Source: an uncultured Acetobacteraceae bacterium (GTDB taxonomy: Bacteria; Pseudomonadota; Alphaproteobacteria; Acetobacterales; Acetobacteraceae). From it: 32,149 bases of DNA. Position 1 is the stretch's first letter, and each line of letters starts with the position of its first letter. The stretch covers positions 1 through 32,149 of the forward strand of contig CAXUIR010000001.1 in NCBI GenBank assembly GCA_964251005.1, given 5' to 3'. Made by a program: the position numbers and the translations under genes. The notes under the pieces are model-generated. The model did not search any database. It saw only the letters and a program-made list of their open reading frames with translations, and had not been told where the DNA came from. Positions 18,262-28,010 of this stretch are shown here, one piece after another.

Positions 18262-18351
18262 GGCAGGACCTTAATGTCGCAACATCGAACCGCCAAGCGT
18301 GTCGGGGTCACCTGATGGTTCGGGCGAGACAGAGCGTTGCAACGGGGACGG

Positions 18352-18975
18352 TCAAAAGCTCGGTTCGAAGTCCCACACCCAGGGGCGATCAACGCGGTCC
18401 CTTGCCTGCCACGCATCGATGTCGCCAGCGCATGTCAGCGTCAACCCGATGTCGTCCAACCCCTCCAGCAGGGCGGTCCGGCGCATCGGGTCGATGGCGA
18501 AGCCATGCTCGCAACCCGACGGCGCCACGATGACCTGCCTTCGCAGGTCGATAGTGAACGCTTCGGTGCGTGACTCCGCCTCCGCCGCCAGGGCGAGCAT
18601 CGTGGTCTCGTCGAGTCGTATCGGCAGCAGGCCGTTCTGGAAGCAGTTCGCGTAGAAGATGTCGCCGAAACTTTCGGCGATGATGCAGCGCAGGCCCATC
18701 GCCATCAGCGCGTTCACCGCGGGTTCGCGCGAGGAACCGCAGCCGAAATTCGGGCCCGCCAGCATGATGGGCGCACCACGAAAGCGCGCAGCATTCAGGA
18801 TGCACTCAGGGTTTTCGCTGCCGTCCGGTAGGTAGCGCAGGGCTTCCAGCGCGTAACGGCCAAGCTGGGCCGGATCGCCCGTCGTCAGGCGCTCGATGCG
18901 GATGATGACGTCGGTGTCCACGTTGGCCACCATCAGGGGCGCGGCGGTGCCGGTTACGATCGTGAACGGCTGCAT
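18352..18975 (-). CDS. leuD: LeuD-like small subunit of an aconitase-family hydratase/isomerase
   Basis: NVDTDVII, NFGCGSSREPA, SFGDIFYANC and GLDDIGLTL motifs; start at ATG 18975. Confidence 0.9.
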   Translation of the reverse strand: MQPFTIVTGTAAPLMVANVDTDVIIRIERLTTGDPAQLGRYALEALRYLPDGSENPECILNAARFRGAPIMLAGPNFGCGSSREPAVNALMAMGLRCIIAESFGDIFYANCFQNGLLPIRLDETTMLALAAEAESRTEAFTIDLRRQVIVAPSGCEHGFAIDPMRRTALLEGLDDIGLTLTCAGDIDAWQARDRVDRPWVWDFEPSF

Positions 18976-18980
18976 GCGGG

Positions 18981-20387
18981 TCAGATCCTGCGCACGTCGG
19001 TGATCACGCCGGCAATGGCGGCCGCGGCGGCCATGGCGGGGCTGGCGAGGTGGGTGCGCGCGCCCGGGCCCTGGCGGCCGACGAAGTTGCGGTTGGAGGT
19101 GGAGACGGCGCGCGCCCCGGGCGGCACCGTCTCGCCGTTGGCCGCCACGCACATGCTGCAGCCGGGTTGGCGCCACTGGAAGCCGGCATCGAGGAACACG
19201 CGGTCCAGCCCTTCCGCCTCGGCTTCCCGCTTGACGGCGACCGAGCCGGGCACCACCCACGCCCTCACCCCTTCTGCCACGTGGCGCCCGCTGGCGATCC
19301 GTGCCGCCGCACGCAGGTCGGTGATGCGCGCGTTGTTGCAGGAGCCGATGAACACCACGTCCACCTTCTCGCCGGCCAGCCGGCGGCCCGGTTGCAGTCC
19401 CATGTAGTCCAGCGCCGCGCGCCGGTTCTCGCGGACGGCCGGGTCGCTGAAACTGTCCGGATCGGGGATCAGGCCGTCGACCGCCATCGCGTGGTCCGGG
19501 CTGGTGCCCCAGGTGATGGTGGGCGCCACGTCGGCCACGTCGATGGCCACGTCACGGTCGAACACCGCGCCGTCGTCGGTGCGCAGCTTTCGCCAGGCCT
19601 CCACGGCGCGGTCGAACGCGGCGCCCGTGGGCGCGAAAGGCCGGCCGCGCAGGTAGGCAAACGTGGTCTCGTCCGGGGCGATCAGGCCGCTCTTGGCGCC
19701 CAGCTCCACCGACGGGTTGCAGATCGTCAGCCGGCCCTCGATGCCCATGGCGTCGATGGCGCTGCCGGCATACTCGATGGCGTAGCCCACGCCGGCCGCA
19801 GCGCCGAGCTTGCCCAGCAGGTGCAGGATGATGTCCTTCGGCGTGACGCCGGCGCCAAGCGTGCCGTCCAGCCTGATGCGCATCCGGCGCGGCTTGCGCT
19901 GGCGCATGGTCTGGGTGGCCAGCGCGTGCGTGCTCTCCGACGTGCCGACGCCGAACGCCAGGGCGCCCAGCGCGCCGTTGGTGCAGGTGTGGCTGTCGCC
20001 GCAGATCAGCGTCACGCCGGGCAGCACCAGGCCCAGCTCCGGCCCCATCACGTGCACGATGCCCTGGCCGGTCTGCCCCAGGTCGAACAGGCGGATGCCG
20101 GCCTCGCGCGTCAGCAGCTGCAGGCCGTGCCATAGGCGGGCGGTGGGCGCGAACGTCTCGCCGGTGCGGTCGGGCGCGCTGGACATCGTGTGGTCGGGCG
20201 TCGCGAACACCAGCTCCGGGTGCGCCACCTTCATGCCGCGGTCGCGCAGCGCCTTGAGCGCGGGCGGGCCGGAGAGGTCGTGCAGCAAATGCCGGTCGAT
20301 GTGCAGCAGCGCCCAGCCGTCGCCGAGGTCGCGCACCACGTGGGCGTCCCAGATCTTGTCAAATTGGGTGGAGGCGACCGCGCTCAT
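18981..20387 (-). CDS. leuC: LeuC-like large subunit of an aconitase-family hydratase/isomerase
   Basis: FDKIWDAH, GIVHV, CGDSHTCT, GSCNN, PGCSMC and STSNRNFVGRQG motifs; ATGA overlap with the upstream gene. Confidence 0.92.
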   Translation of the reverse strand: MSAVASTQFDKIWDAHVVRDLGDGWALLHIDRHLLHDLSGPPALKALRDRGMKVAHPELVFATPDHTMSSAPDRTGETFAPTARLWHGLQLLTREAGIRLFDLGQTGQGIVHVMGPELGLVLPGVTLICGDSHTCTNGALGALAFGVGTSESTHALATQTMRQRKPRRMRIRLDGTLGAGVTPKDIILHLLGKLGAAAGVGYAIEYAGSAIDAMGIEGRLTICNPSVELGAKSGLIAPDETTFAYLRGRPFAPTGAAFDRAVEAWRKLRTDDGAVFDRDVAIDVADVAPTITWGTSPDHAMAVDGLIPDPDSFSDPAVRENRRAALDYMGLQPGRRLAGEKVDVVFIGSCNNARITDLRAAARIASGRHVAEGVRAWVVPGSVAVKREAEAEGLDRVFLDAGFQWRQPGCSMCVAANGETVPPGARAVSTSNRNFVGRQGPGARTHLASPAMAAAAAIAGVITDVRRI

Positions 20388-21262
20388 TCCGCGGCGGCCT
20401 TGGTGTCGTAGTGGCGGCGCAGCGCGTCCCACTCGTCCGCGCCGAAGCGCCTGAAGGAGTCCATGACGGTCGCACCGGGTGGAACCGCGTTGGCGCGTCC
20501 GGTGGCGCGCAGCGCGTGCAGGGCGGCATCGACCGAGGGGATCACCTCGCGCAGGCAGACGCCCGGGAAGATGGCCAGGCGGAAGCCCATCGCCTGCGCG
20601 TCCGCCATGTCCACCGCCGGCGTGCGGCCGCCGGGCACCACGTTCAGCAGGCAGGGCCCCTGCACGCGCTGCGGCACCGCCCGCATCTCGTCGAGCGTGC
20701 GGGGCGCCTCGACGAACGCCATGTCGGCGCCGGCCTGCAGCGCCGCGTTGGCGCGCGCCACCGCCTCGTCCAGGCCCAGCACGGCGTTGGCGTCGGTGCG
20801 CGCGATCAGCAGGAAGTCCGGGTCACGCCGCGCCGCCACCGCGGCCTTGATCTTGGAGACGAACTCCTCGCGCGAGGTGACCTCCTTGCCGTCGAGGTGG
20901 CCGCAGCGCTTCGGCGCCACCTGGTCCTCGATGTGGATGGCGGCGACGCCGCGCGCCTCGAACTCGCGCACCGTGCGCGTCACGTTCAGCTCGTTGCCGT
21001 AGCCCGTATCGGCGTCAGAGATCAGCGGGATAGACACGGCGCGGGCCAGGGTTGCGGCATTGTCCACCATCTCGGTCAGCGTCAGCAGGCCGTAATCGGG
21101 GTAGCCGCGCGCAGCCGCGGTGCCGGCGCCAGTCATGTAGACGGCGGGAAAGCCGGCCTGCTCGATCAAGCGTGCGGTGATGCCGTCATACGCGCCCGGC
21201 GCCATGCAGATGTCCGACCGCTGCAACACAGCGCGCAGAGCCGTGGCCTTGCCGTTCCTCAT
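20384..21262 (-). CDS. Isocitrate lyase/PEP mutase family lyase (PrpB or 2,3-dimethylmalate lyase-like)
   Basis: DADTGYG, IEDQVAPKRCGH, IARTDA and GADMAFVE motifs; GGAGG RBS. Confidence 0.93.
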   Translation of the reverse strand: MRNGKATALRAVLQRSDICMAPGAYDGITARLIEQAGFPAVYMTGAGTAAARGYPDYGLLTLTEMVDNAATLARAVSIPLISDADTGYGNELNVTRTVREFEARGVAAIHIEDQVAPKRCGHLDGKEVTSREEFVSKIKAAVAARRDPDFLLIARTDANAVLGLDEAVARANAALQAGADMAFVEAPRTLDEMRAVPQRVQGPCLLNVVPGGRTPAVDMADAQAMGFRLAIFPGVCLREVIPSVDAALHALRATGRANAVPPGATVMDSFRRFGADEWDALRRHYDTKAAAE

Positions 21263-21294
21263 GTGTCCTCCGCCTGTTTTGCTTGCGCATATGC

Positions 21295-21312
21295 TAATAT
21301 TTTATTTTATTA
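21295..21312. promoter_or_regulatory. TAATA-N8-TATTA inverted repeat in AT-rich divergent promoter (candidate operator)
   Basis: The arms are conserved in the second copy at 24236-24253 while the spacer differs. Confidence 0.45.
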
Positions 21313-21384
21313 AAGTCTACCTCTCGGCACCGAAGCCGGAGGCAATGCGGCCAGACCGGAAACCGGCGGCAAAGGGAGGGGCGG

Positions 21385-21527
21385 TTGATATCGGTTGGAA
21401 ACACATCAGGGATGGCCGCGCGGCCTGCTCGTTGGCTGCGGCCTCGCAGCGAGCTGCGCCTTGCGGCACCGCCTACGCCAAGATGCTGGGCGGATGGCAA
21501 GTCAACATCGATACCACTTTGTCTTCG
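21385..21527 (+). pseudogene. Truncated 5' remnant of the DUF1302 gene
   Basis: MISV...APCGTAYAKMLGGWQVNIDTTLSS corresponds to the N-terminus of 24328..26256, with frameshift and truncation. Confidence 0.85.
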
Positions 21528-21626
21528 CTGTTTAGCTGCGCGGCGCGCCCTGCAGCACCGGCTGGTGCAGATGTAAGGTAGTAAACGTCTTTAGACCTGC
21601 CATTTCAAACCGCATCCTTGCTATCA

Positions 21627-22566
21627 ATGTCTCAAACTCATGAGGACGTAAGCGCTGCCCTGGCCCGCATCAGTCGCTGAATTAGAAACGTTTCTGAAGG
21701 TCGCGGAGCTGCGAAGCTTCAGCCGGGCCGCCGATTGTCTCTGCCTCACGCAGCCGGCAGTGACCGGCCGGATCAACCGGCTTGAAGCAACGCTGGGTGT
21801 GCAACTGATCGCGCGCACGTCCCGCCAGCTGTCGCTGACGCCGGATGGCGAACGGCTTCGTGCAGGCGCTGCCCGCGTGGCGGCCGAGTTGGACGCGCTG
21901 TTCGCGGGGTTCGGTCTCGACCATCATGGTGAGCGGCCGGTCGCGGTGGCATGCACAGCGGGAGTAGCCGCCTTGTTCATGCCTGCGCTGGTCCGTGCGC
22001 TAAGCCAGGTGCATCCCGCGATCCACGTGAACCTTCTGGACCTGCATCCACAGGCGGCGCTGGATGCGGTTAGGTCAGCTCGGGCGGACCTGGCGGTCAT
22101 GGCTGTCGTTGACACGCCGCAAGGGGTCGCCTTCGAACCGCTGGTCGACGACGATTGCGTGGTGATTGTGCCCGCCGGGCATAAGTTGCTGCTGCAGCCG
22201 CAGGTGCGATTGGCCGAGGTGCTCGAATGGCCGATCCTGATGACCGACCAGCAGGTTGCCCTCCGCCACACCGTGGAGCGCCTCGCCCAGGCGCGCGGCC
22301 TCATTTTCCGCCGCGCGCCCGACAGCCGCAACGCCTCCTCGCTGTTCGGCATGTTCAGCATGGTGGCGGCTGGCTTCGGGCTGATGATTCAACCGCGCAC
22401 GCTCGCGCGCGTCGGGGTGAACATCGGCCTGGCGACACTGGAGATTGCAGACGTGCGGATCCCACACCCTTACGGTTTGGTCATACCCGCGTCCGGGCTG
22501 TCCAGTCCGGCTGCGCGTAGCTTCGGCGCGTTTGCCCGGCAATATGCCACGCAGCTGAAGGGCTGA
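21627..22566 (+). pseudogene. LysR family regulator with apparent frameshift just before the HTH
   Basis: ATG 21627 gives MSQTHEDVSAALARISR*. The HTH (AELETFLKVAELRSFSRAADCLCLTQPAVTGRINRLE) and substrate domain are in another frame that has TAA at 21649 and no ATG/GTG/TTG before the HTH. Confidence 0.7.
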
Positions 22567-22599
22567 TCCATCACGCCCGGTGATGGATCCCCGTGTGCG

Positions 22600-23751
22600 A
22601 TGCCATTGGACTGCCGGAGCCACGCAGAGGATCAAGGCGGCCAACAAAGCCTCCGAGGGAAACCCATCATCATGCACCTACACGCCAATTGGACCGCGGC
22701 CGACCTCGTTGAGGACCAGAGCTGGATCAATGCGCTGGACGACGGCGCCCGCACCGACTTGGAGCGTGAGGTCAAGCGGCTGTTCGTGCCGGGCAAGCCG
22801 GTGTTCGATTACGATGCCGGTGACGTCGATCTGGGTCGCGCGTCCGCCCCGATCGCAACCTCGTTCCAGACTGCCCTGAACGGGCCAGGCATCGCGTTGA
22901 TCAAGCGGCTTCCGCGCGAGACGCTGAGCGAGGACGAGTTCGGGTTCCTGACCTGGATGATCGGCCTCACTCAAGGTGTGCCCCGGCCGCAGGGCAAGGA
23001 TTCCAGATACCTGCATGCCGTCCGCAACGTCGGCATCAATTACCGCTCGCCCACAGGACGTGGCTACTCGTCGAATTCGGAACTCGACTTTCACATCGAC
23101 GGTGCGGACCTGGTGGCGCTCACTTGTTACAACGGCGCGCGGGAAGGCGGCCTGAGCATGGCTGTGAGCAACGAGGCGATCTACGCCGCGCTCAAGGCGG
23201 AATACCCGCAACTTCTCCCTTTGCTCTTCGAGGCCTACCCGTTCAGCCTGCAGGGCGAGCAGGCGCCTGGCATGCCTGCCTGGGTGAAGGTGCCGGTGTT
23301 CAGCGAGGCGAACGGGCACGTGTTCATCCGCTGGGTTCGCAACCGGGTTGAATCGTCGCAGACGATAGAGGACGCACCGCGGATAGATGCGCGGCACTGG
23401 GAGGCGCTAGACATGTTGGATGCTGTCATCCGCCGCCCCGAGCACGTGGCAACGATGATGCTGGAGCCGGGCGACATGCAAATACTCAACAATCACCGTT
23501 GCCTTCACAGCCGTACGGAATTCAGCGATTTCGACGAGCCGGAGCGCAAGCGGCTGCTGTTCCGCCTGTGGCTGTCGCCACCGCAGGCCGAGGCGCTTCC
23601 GCCGGCGATCGCCGCATCGTTTGGTTCTGCCGACGGCAACACAGTGCGGGGCGGCATCCCCGGCCAGCACTATGACGAGCGGTGCCGCGAATTCGATGCC
23701 TTGGCAGCGGCATTCCACGGCATGAGCATGAACGCGAAGCTGGCGGCGTGA
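22600..23751 (+). CDS. TauD/TfdA family Fe(II)/2-oxoglutarate dioxygenase
   Basis: HxD (FHIDGAD) and distal LEPGDMQILNNHRCLHSR...RLLFRLWL. Confidence 0.9.
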   Translation: MPLDCRSHAEDQGGQQSLRGKPIIMHLHANWTAADLVEDQSWINALDDGARTDLEREVKRLFVPGKPVFDYDAGDVDLGRASAPIATSFQTALNGPGIALIKRLPRETLSEDEFGFLTWMIGLTQGVPRPQGKDSRYLHAVRNVGINYRSPTGRGYSSNSELDFHIDGADLVALTCYNGAREGGLSMAVSNEAIYAALKAEYPQLLPLLFEAYPFSLQGEQAPGMPAWVKVPVFSEANGHVFIRWVRNRVESSQTIEDAPRIDARHWEALDMLDAVIRRPEHVATMMLEPGDMQILNNHRCLHSRTEFSDFDEPERKRLLFRLWLSPPQAEALPPAIAASFGSADGNTVRGGIPGQHYDERCREFDALAAAFHGMSMNAKLAA

Positions 23752-23909
23752 AGGATCGTCGAACGCAGGCGGGATGTGGTCCACTCTCACCCGCTGGTCG
23801 GGCGCGGCGATACGGCGGAACGATCAGACACGTCCCAGCGAGCACGCTCGCCAGGCCACCGCAAAAGATGCGCGTCACGTTGCGATAACGATTATAACCG
23901 CAAGTTGAC

Positions 23910-24206
23910 CTCGCGCATCGTCCGCGTCACGTCCAGCTCGTTGCCGTAGCCGGTATCGGCGTCCAAAACCAGCGGGACAGACACGGCACGGGCCAGGATG
24001 GCGGCGTTTCACCATCTCGGTCAGCGTCAACAGGGCGTATTCGGGGTAGCTGCGCGCGGCAGTGGTGCCGGCGCGGTCATGTACATCGACGGAAAGCCGG
24101 CTTGCTCGATCAGGCGTGCGGTGATGCTCTCATACGCGCCCGGCGCCATGCAGATTTCCGGAAGCTGTAGAAGCGCGCGCAGAGCCGTCGCCTTGCCGTT
24201 CCAAAT
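23910..24206 (-). pseudogene. Decayed 5' duplicate of the ICL-family lyase gene
   Basis: NGKATALRALLQLPEICMAPGAYESITARLIEQAGF; start ATG mutated to ATT, frameshifts, truncated after ~100 codons. Confidence 0.9.
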
Positions 24207-24480
24207 ATGTCCTCCGTTAATTTGCTTGCACATATTAATATTAGATTTTATTAAACTTTAGCTCCTGGCACTGAAGCCGGAAGCAACGACGGCCAGACCG
24301 GCAAACCGGCGGCAAAGGGAGGGGCGGTTGATATCGGTTGAAACCACGCAAGAGTGGCCGCGCAGCCTGCTGTTCGGCGGTTGCATTGCATTGAGCTGCG
24401 CCGCGCCTTGCGGTACCGCCTGTGCGTATGACGCGACGCTGGGCGGCTGGCAGGTCAGCATCGACACCACGCTGTCTTCG
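23910..24480 (+). repeat. Copy 2 of the ~570-bp direct duplication
   Basis: Aligns with 20963-21527. Confidence 0.93.
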
Positions 24481-26256
24481 AGCGTGGATGTCCGCACGTC
24501 AGACCGCAATTACAACCTGATCGGCATCGCCAACGGCGGCAAGATCGGCACGTCCAACGCCGATAACGGCGACCTAAACTTCGCGCCGGGCACGCCGGTG
24601 GCGGCCACCCAACGCATCACCACCGAACTGCAGGTCAAGCGGGACGATTACGGTTTCTTCGCGCGTGCGACCGGCTTCTACGACCCTATCGCCGACAGCG
24701 GGCGCACCGATTTCCAGCCGCTCAGCCGCGCCGCCGAGCGCGACATCGGCGCCGACCTGCGCTTGCTGGACGCCTACGCCTTCGCGCGCCCTTTGGTTCT
24801 CGGCCATCCATTCGACGTGCGCGTGGGTGCGCAGGCGCTGAACTGGGGCGAGAGCACCTTCATCCAGTTCGGCATCAACTCGGTCAACCCGCTGGATGCC
24901 ACCGCCCTGCGCACGCCCGGTTCGGAACTGCGGCAGGGGTTCCTGCCGATACCCGTGGTGGACGTCCGGACAGACATCGGCGGCGGCGTGTCGCTGGAGG
25001 GCTTCTGGCAGTTCGCCTGGACACGCTCGAAGCTGGAGCCGGACGGCTCGTTCTTTTCAGACAACGACACCGTCTCGGATGGCGGCACCTACGGTAATCT
25101 CTCCTACGTGTTCCCGGACAACGCCCGCAGCGTCTATGGCGTGGACCAGGCGATCGGCAGCGTGTTCGGCGGCAGCCTGCCGCGCAGCCTGGACCGGCAC
25201 CCGACCACCCTGGACGAGTTCGGCTTCGCCTTGCGCAAGACATTTGAAAGTCTCGGTGACGCGGAGCTCGGGCTGTATTTCGAGAACTACCACAGCCGCA
25301 CGCCTTTCGGCTCGTTCCGGACCGGCTCGCCGAACGCGTCCGGCTACGGGGCCGGCCTGCTGGGCGACCTGCCCAACCCGCTCACGCTGGCGCTGCCGGG
25401 CGCGCCGCCCGGCTACGCAAAGACGACCTACACCTCCACCGCGTCGTTCTTCGCCGACTACCCGAAGGACATCCACCTGATCGGGGTGAGCTGGAACTTC
25501 ATCGCACCGGCCGGGGTGGCCATTCAGGGCGAACTGTCCAGCAGGATCAACCAGCCGATCCAATTCGCAGCGTCCGACACGGCGCTGCTGGTCAACTACC
25601 CAGCCGTCAACCAGACCAAGGCGCTGTCCGCCACGGTGGCGGCGGCGGCGGCGCAGATCGCGGCGGATCCGGTGGCCCAGGCGCTCGGGCTGCCCGGCTT
25701 CAACCAGATATTGGATGGCTGGAAACGCTACCCGGTCATCCAGGCGCAGACCACCGCCACCAAGCTTTTTGCCGCCGTTCCCAGCCTGAGCGTCAACAGC
25801 GTCGCCCTCGTCGGCGAGGTAGGCGCGGACTACGTCGTGGGTTTCCCGCGCGAGCGGGGCGAGCTGGAGGCGCCCTACACCACGGACGTCGACTCCGCCT
25901 TCGCACTGGCCAGCACGGGAGACGGCCAGCCGCTCACCAGGCGTTTCGAGGCCAGCCAGTTCTCCGCCGCCTACGTGGTCGCCGTTGTCATCGACATGGC
26001 CAACGTGCTGCCGTACGGCATAGACATGAAACCGACGATTTCGTTGCAGCACGATTTCGTCGGCACCAGCCCCGTCGGTGTCAACGTCTTCCAGCAGAAC
26101 ACGGCAGCGGCCAGCGTGGGCGTCACCTTCAATTACCTTCAAGCGTGGAGTTTCGGCGTGCAGTACACCAACCACTTTCCGGTGTTCGACGCCGGCAAAT
26201 ACTATGGCCTGATCGACCGGGATTTCGCCTCTGCAGTGCTGAGCTATGAGTTCTGA
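24328..26256 (+). CDS. DUF1302 family outer-membrane protein
   Basis: GGGAGG RBS and TTG start; signal peptide; NADNGDLNF, LLDAY, VRVGAQALNWGESTF, NYHSRTP and DRDF motifs; terminal YEF. Confidence 0.9.
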   Translation: MISVETTQEWPRSLLFGGCIALSCAAPCGTACAYDATLGGWQVSIDTTLSSSVDVRTSDRNYNLIGIANGGKIGTSNADNGDLNFAPGTPVAATQRITTELQVKRDDYGFFARATGFYDPIADSGRTDFQPLSRAAERDIGADLRLLDAYAFARPLVLGHPFDVRVGAQALNWGESTFIQFGINSVNPLDATALRTPGSELRQGFLPIPVVDVRTDIGGGVSLEGFWQFAWTRSKLEPDGSFFSDNDTVSDGGTYGNLSYVFPDNARSVYGVDQAIGSVFGGSLPRSLDRHPTTLDEFGFALRKTFESLGDAELGLYFENYHSRTPFGSFRTGSPNASGYGAGLLGDLPNPLTLALPGAPPGYAKTTYTSTASFFADYPKDIHLIGVSWNFIAPAGVAIQGELSSRINQPIQFAASDTALLVNYPAVNQTKALSATVAAAAAQIAADPVAQALGLPGFNQILDGWKRYPVIQAQTTATKLFAAVPSLSVNSVALVGEVGADYVVGFPRERGELEAPYTTDVDSAFALASTGDGQPLTRRFEASQFSAAYVVAVVIDMANVLPYGIDMKPTISLQHDFVGTSPVGVNVFQQNTAAASVGVTFNYLQAWSFGVQYTNHFPVFDAGKYYGLIDRDFASAVLSYEF

Positions 26257-27445
26257 AACCATGCGCCGCCGGTCTGGCCAGGCGAGCATCCCGCTGGTCA
26301 TAGCCCGCGCGGGCACCAGCCGCGGGCTGTTCCTTCACGCGCGCGACCTGCCGCCGCCCGGCCCGGCGCGCGACCGCCTGCTCGCCCGCCTGATGGGTTC
26401 ACCCGACATGCTGCAGATAGACGGGCTGGGCGGCGCGCGGCCGATCACCTCCAAGATCGCCATCGTCGCGCCGTCACAGCGCGACGATGCGGACGTGGAC
26501 TACACCTTCGCTCAAGTCGACATCGCGACGGACGGCGTCGGCTACGACGGCAATTGCGGCAACATATCGGCCGGCGTCGGTCCGTTCGCGATCGACGAGG
26601 GACTCGTGGCGGTCCAGGACGGCATGACCAAGGTGCGTATCTTCAACACGAATACCCGGAAGATACTGGTGGCCAGCGTGCCCGTGCAGGATGGCGTCGC
26701 CCTGGTCGAGGGCGACTACGAAGTGCCTGGCGTGCCGGGAACCGGCGCCGAGATCGGCATGAACTGGGCTGGCACGGTGGGTGCCAAGACGGGGCGCCTG
26801 CTTCCAACCGGAAACGCTGCGGACCTGATCGGGCTCGCCGATGGCCGGCAGGTGGCGGCGAGCCTGGTCGACGCCGCCAATCCCTGCGTGTGGGTGCGCG
26901 CGGCGGAGTTCGGTCTGCGTGGAACGGAGTCGGCACGCGAGGTCAACGCGGACAAGGCGTTGCTCGGAGCGGTGCGCGACGCCCGTGCCGCCGCGGCCGT
27001 GCTGTTCGGCTTCGCCGAGGACCGCGCCAGCGCCGATGCACGCTCGCCGGGACTGCCGATGCTTGGCCTCCTCTCCCCGCCCACGGACTACCTTTCGATC
27101 AACGGCGCCGAGGTGCGGGCACAGGACATGGACGTCCGCGTGCACCTGATCTTCCTGGGTTCCCTGCACGAATCCGTCGCCGGGACCGGCTCCATATGTC
27201 TCGCGGCCGCCTCGCGCATTCCGGACTCCACCGTCTTCGGCCTGACCAGGCAGACCGGACAGGACGTGATCAGGATCGGCCACCCTTCGGGGGTAACGCC
27301 GACCCAAGTCCGGGCGCGTGCCGTGCCGGAAGCGCCCTTCATGCACTTCGAGGAACTGGGCTTCAGTCGTACCGCACGGCGGTTGATGGAGGGGCGTGCC
27401 TTCTACCCGCGCGAAGACAGCATCCATCCGTCGGCTTTTGCATAG
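26246..27445 (+). CDS. prpF: PrpF family isomerase (methylitaconate/aconitate isomerase-like)
   Basis: RAGTSRG, QIDGLGG...TSKIAIV, DVDYTFAQV, GNCGNISAGVGPFAI, IGHPSG and RTARRLMEG motifs. Confidence 0.92.
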   Translation: MSSETMRRRSGQASIPLVIARAGTSRGLFLHARDLPPPGPARDRLLARLMGSPDMLQIDGLGGARPITSKIAIVAPSQRDDADVDYTFAQVDIATDGVGYDGNCGNISAGVGPFAIDEGLVAVQDGMTKVRIFNTNTRKILVASVPVQDGVALVEGDYEVPGVPGTGAEIGMNWAGTVGAKTGRLLPTGNAADLIGLADGRQVAASLVDAANPCVWVRAAEFGLRGTESAREVNADKALLGAVRDARAAAAVLFGFAEDRASADARSPGLPMLGLLSPPTDYLSINGAEVRAQDMDVRVHLIFLGSLHESVAGTGSICLAAASRIPDSTVFGLTRQTGQDVIRIGHPSGVTPTQVRARAVPEAPFMHFEELGFSRTARRLMEGRAFYPREDSIHPSAFA

Positions 27446-27458
27446 AGCAGGCCGGCAC

Positions 27459-27675
27459 TTGAGCGAGACGACACCTGTGGAGACAGCACCGGTGGGCGCG
27501 CAGATGGACATCAAGCCACAGGCTACCCACACCTCGACGACCGCGCCTCGCCGAACGGTTATGCGCCTCGTCGATGAATGAGATGCCGGCGGCTGCGCTG
27601 ACGATTGCCAAGCGGTGCCTGCTGGACTGGATCGGCGTGTCCCTGCCTGGCCGGAACGAGGCATTGGCGGCCAAG
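27459..27675 (+). pseudogene. N-terminal remnant of an MmgE/PrpD family gene
   Basis: RLAERLCASSMNEMPAAALTIAKRCLLDWIGVSLPG matches the PrpD/MmgE N-terminal pattern; similarity is lost after ~27675. Confidence 0.65.
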
Positions 27676-27689
27676 AGCCGCTTGCAGTT

Positions 27690-27765
27690 CGTCTCCGATC
27701 AGCGCATCACTCATGGCCGGCATCATCACATCCAGCATCGCCGCACCAACCATTTCCCGCGTGGC
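27690..27765 (-). pseudogene. Possible receiver-domain fragment
   Basis: AAMLDVMMPAMSDALIGDELQ resembles the D-x-x-M-P phospho-acceptor segment of response regulators; very short. Confidence 0.35.
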
Positions 27766-28010
27766 CGCGCGCTCCCTCACGGACGCAGCTGCTCGGCTTC
27801 GCCGGCGGGAACGAGCCGCGCGATCAGCTGGCCGGCGCCGCCTGGGCTAAAGGCATCGAACACCAAGCCAACGATTGCGCTCGCTGGCGTCGCGGCGCAG
27901 GCGCACGGTCGCTGCCTCGACGTTGCCCAGCAGCTCGCATACGATTGAGGACGTTCACCTCCGAGGCGCACCACACCAACGGAACACTTTCCCGCACGGG
28001 TATAACGTTT

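Larger units (their letters stand above)
20963..21527 (+). repeat. Copy 1 of a ~570-bp diverged direct duplication
   Basis: Aligns by eye with 23910-24480 across the lyase 5' end, the divergent promoter and the DUF1302 5' end. Confidence 0.93.

Noticed and set aside
18352-20387. Housekeeping leucine biosynthesis operon
   Set aside because: No leuB or leuA is present, and the context is lyase, PrpF and GntR. The symbols denote family only.
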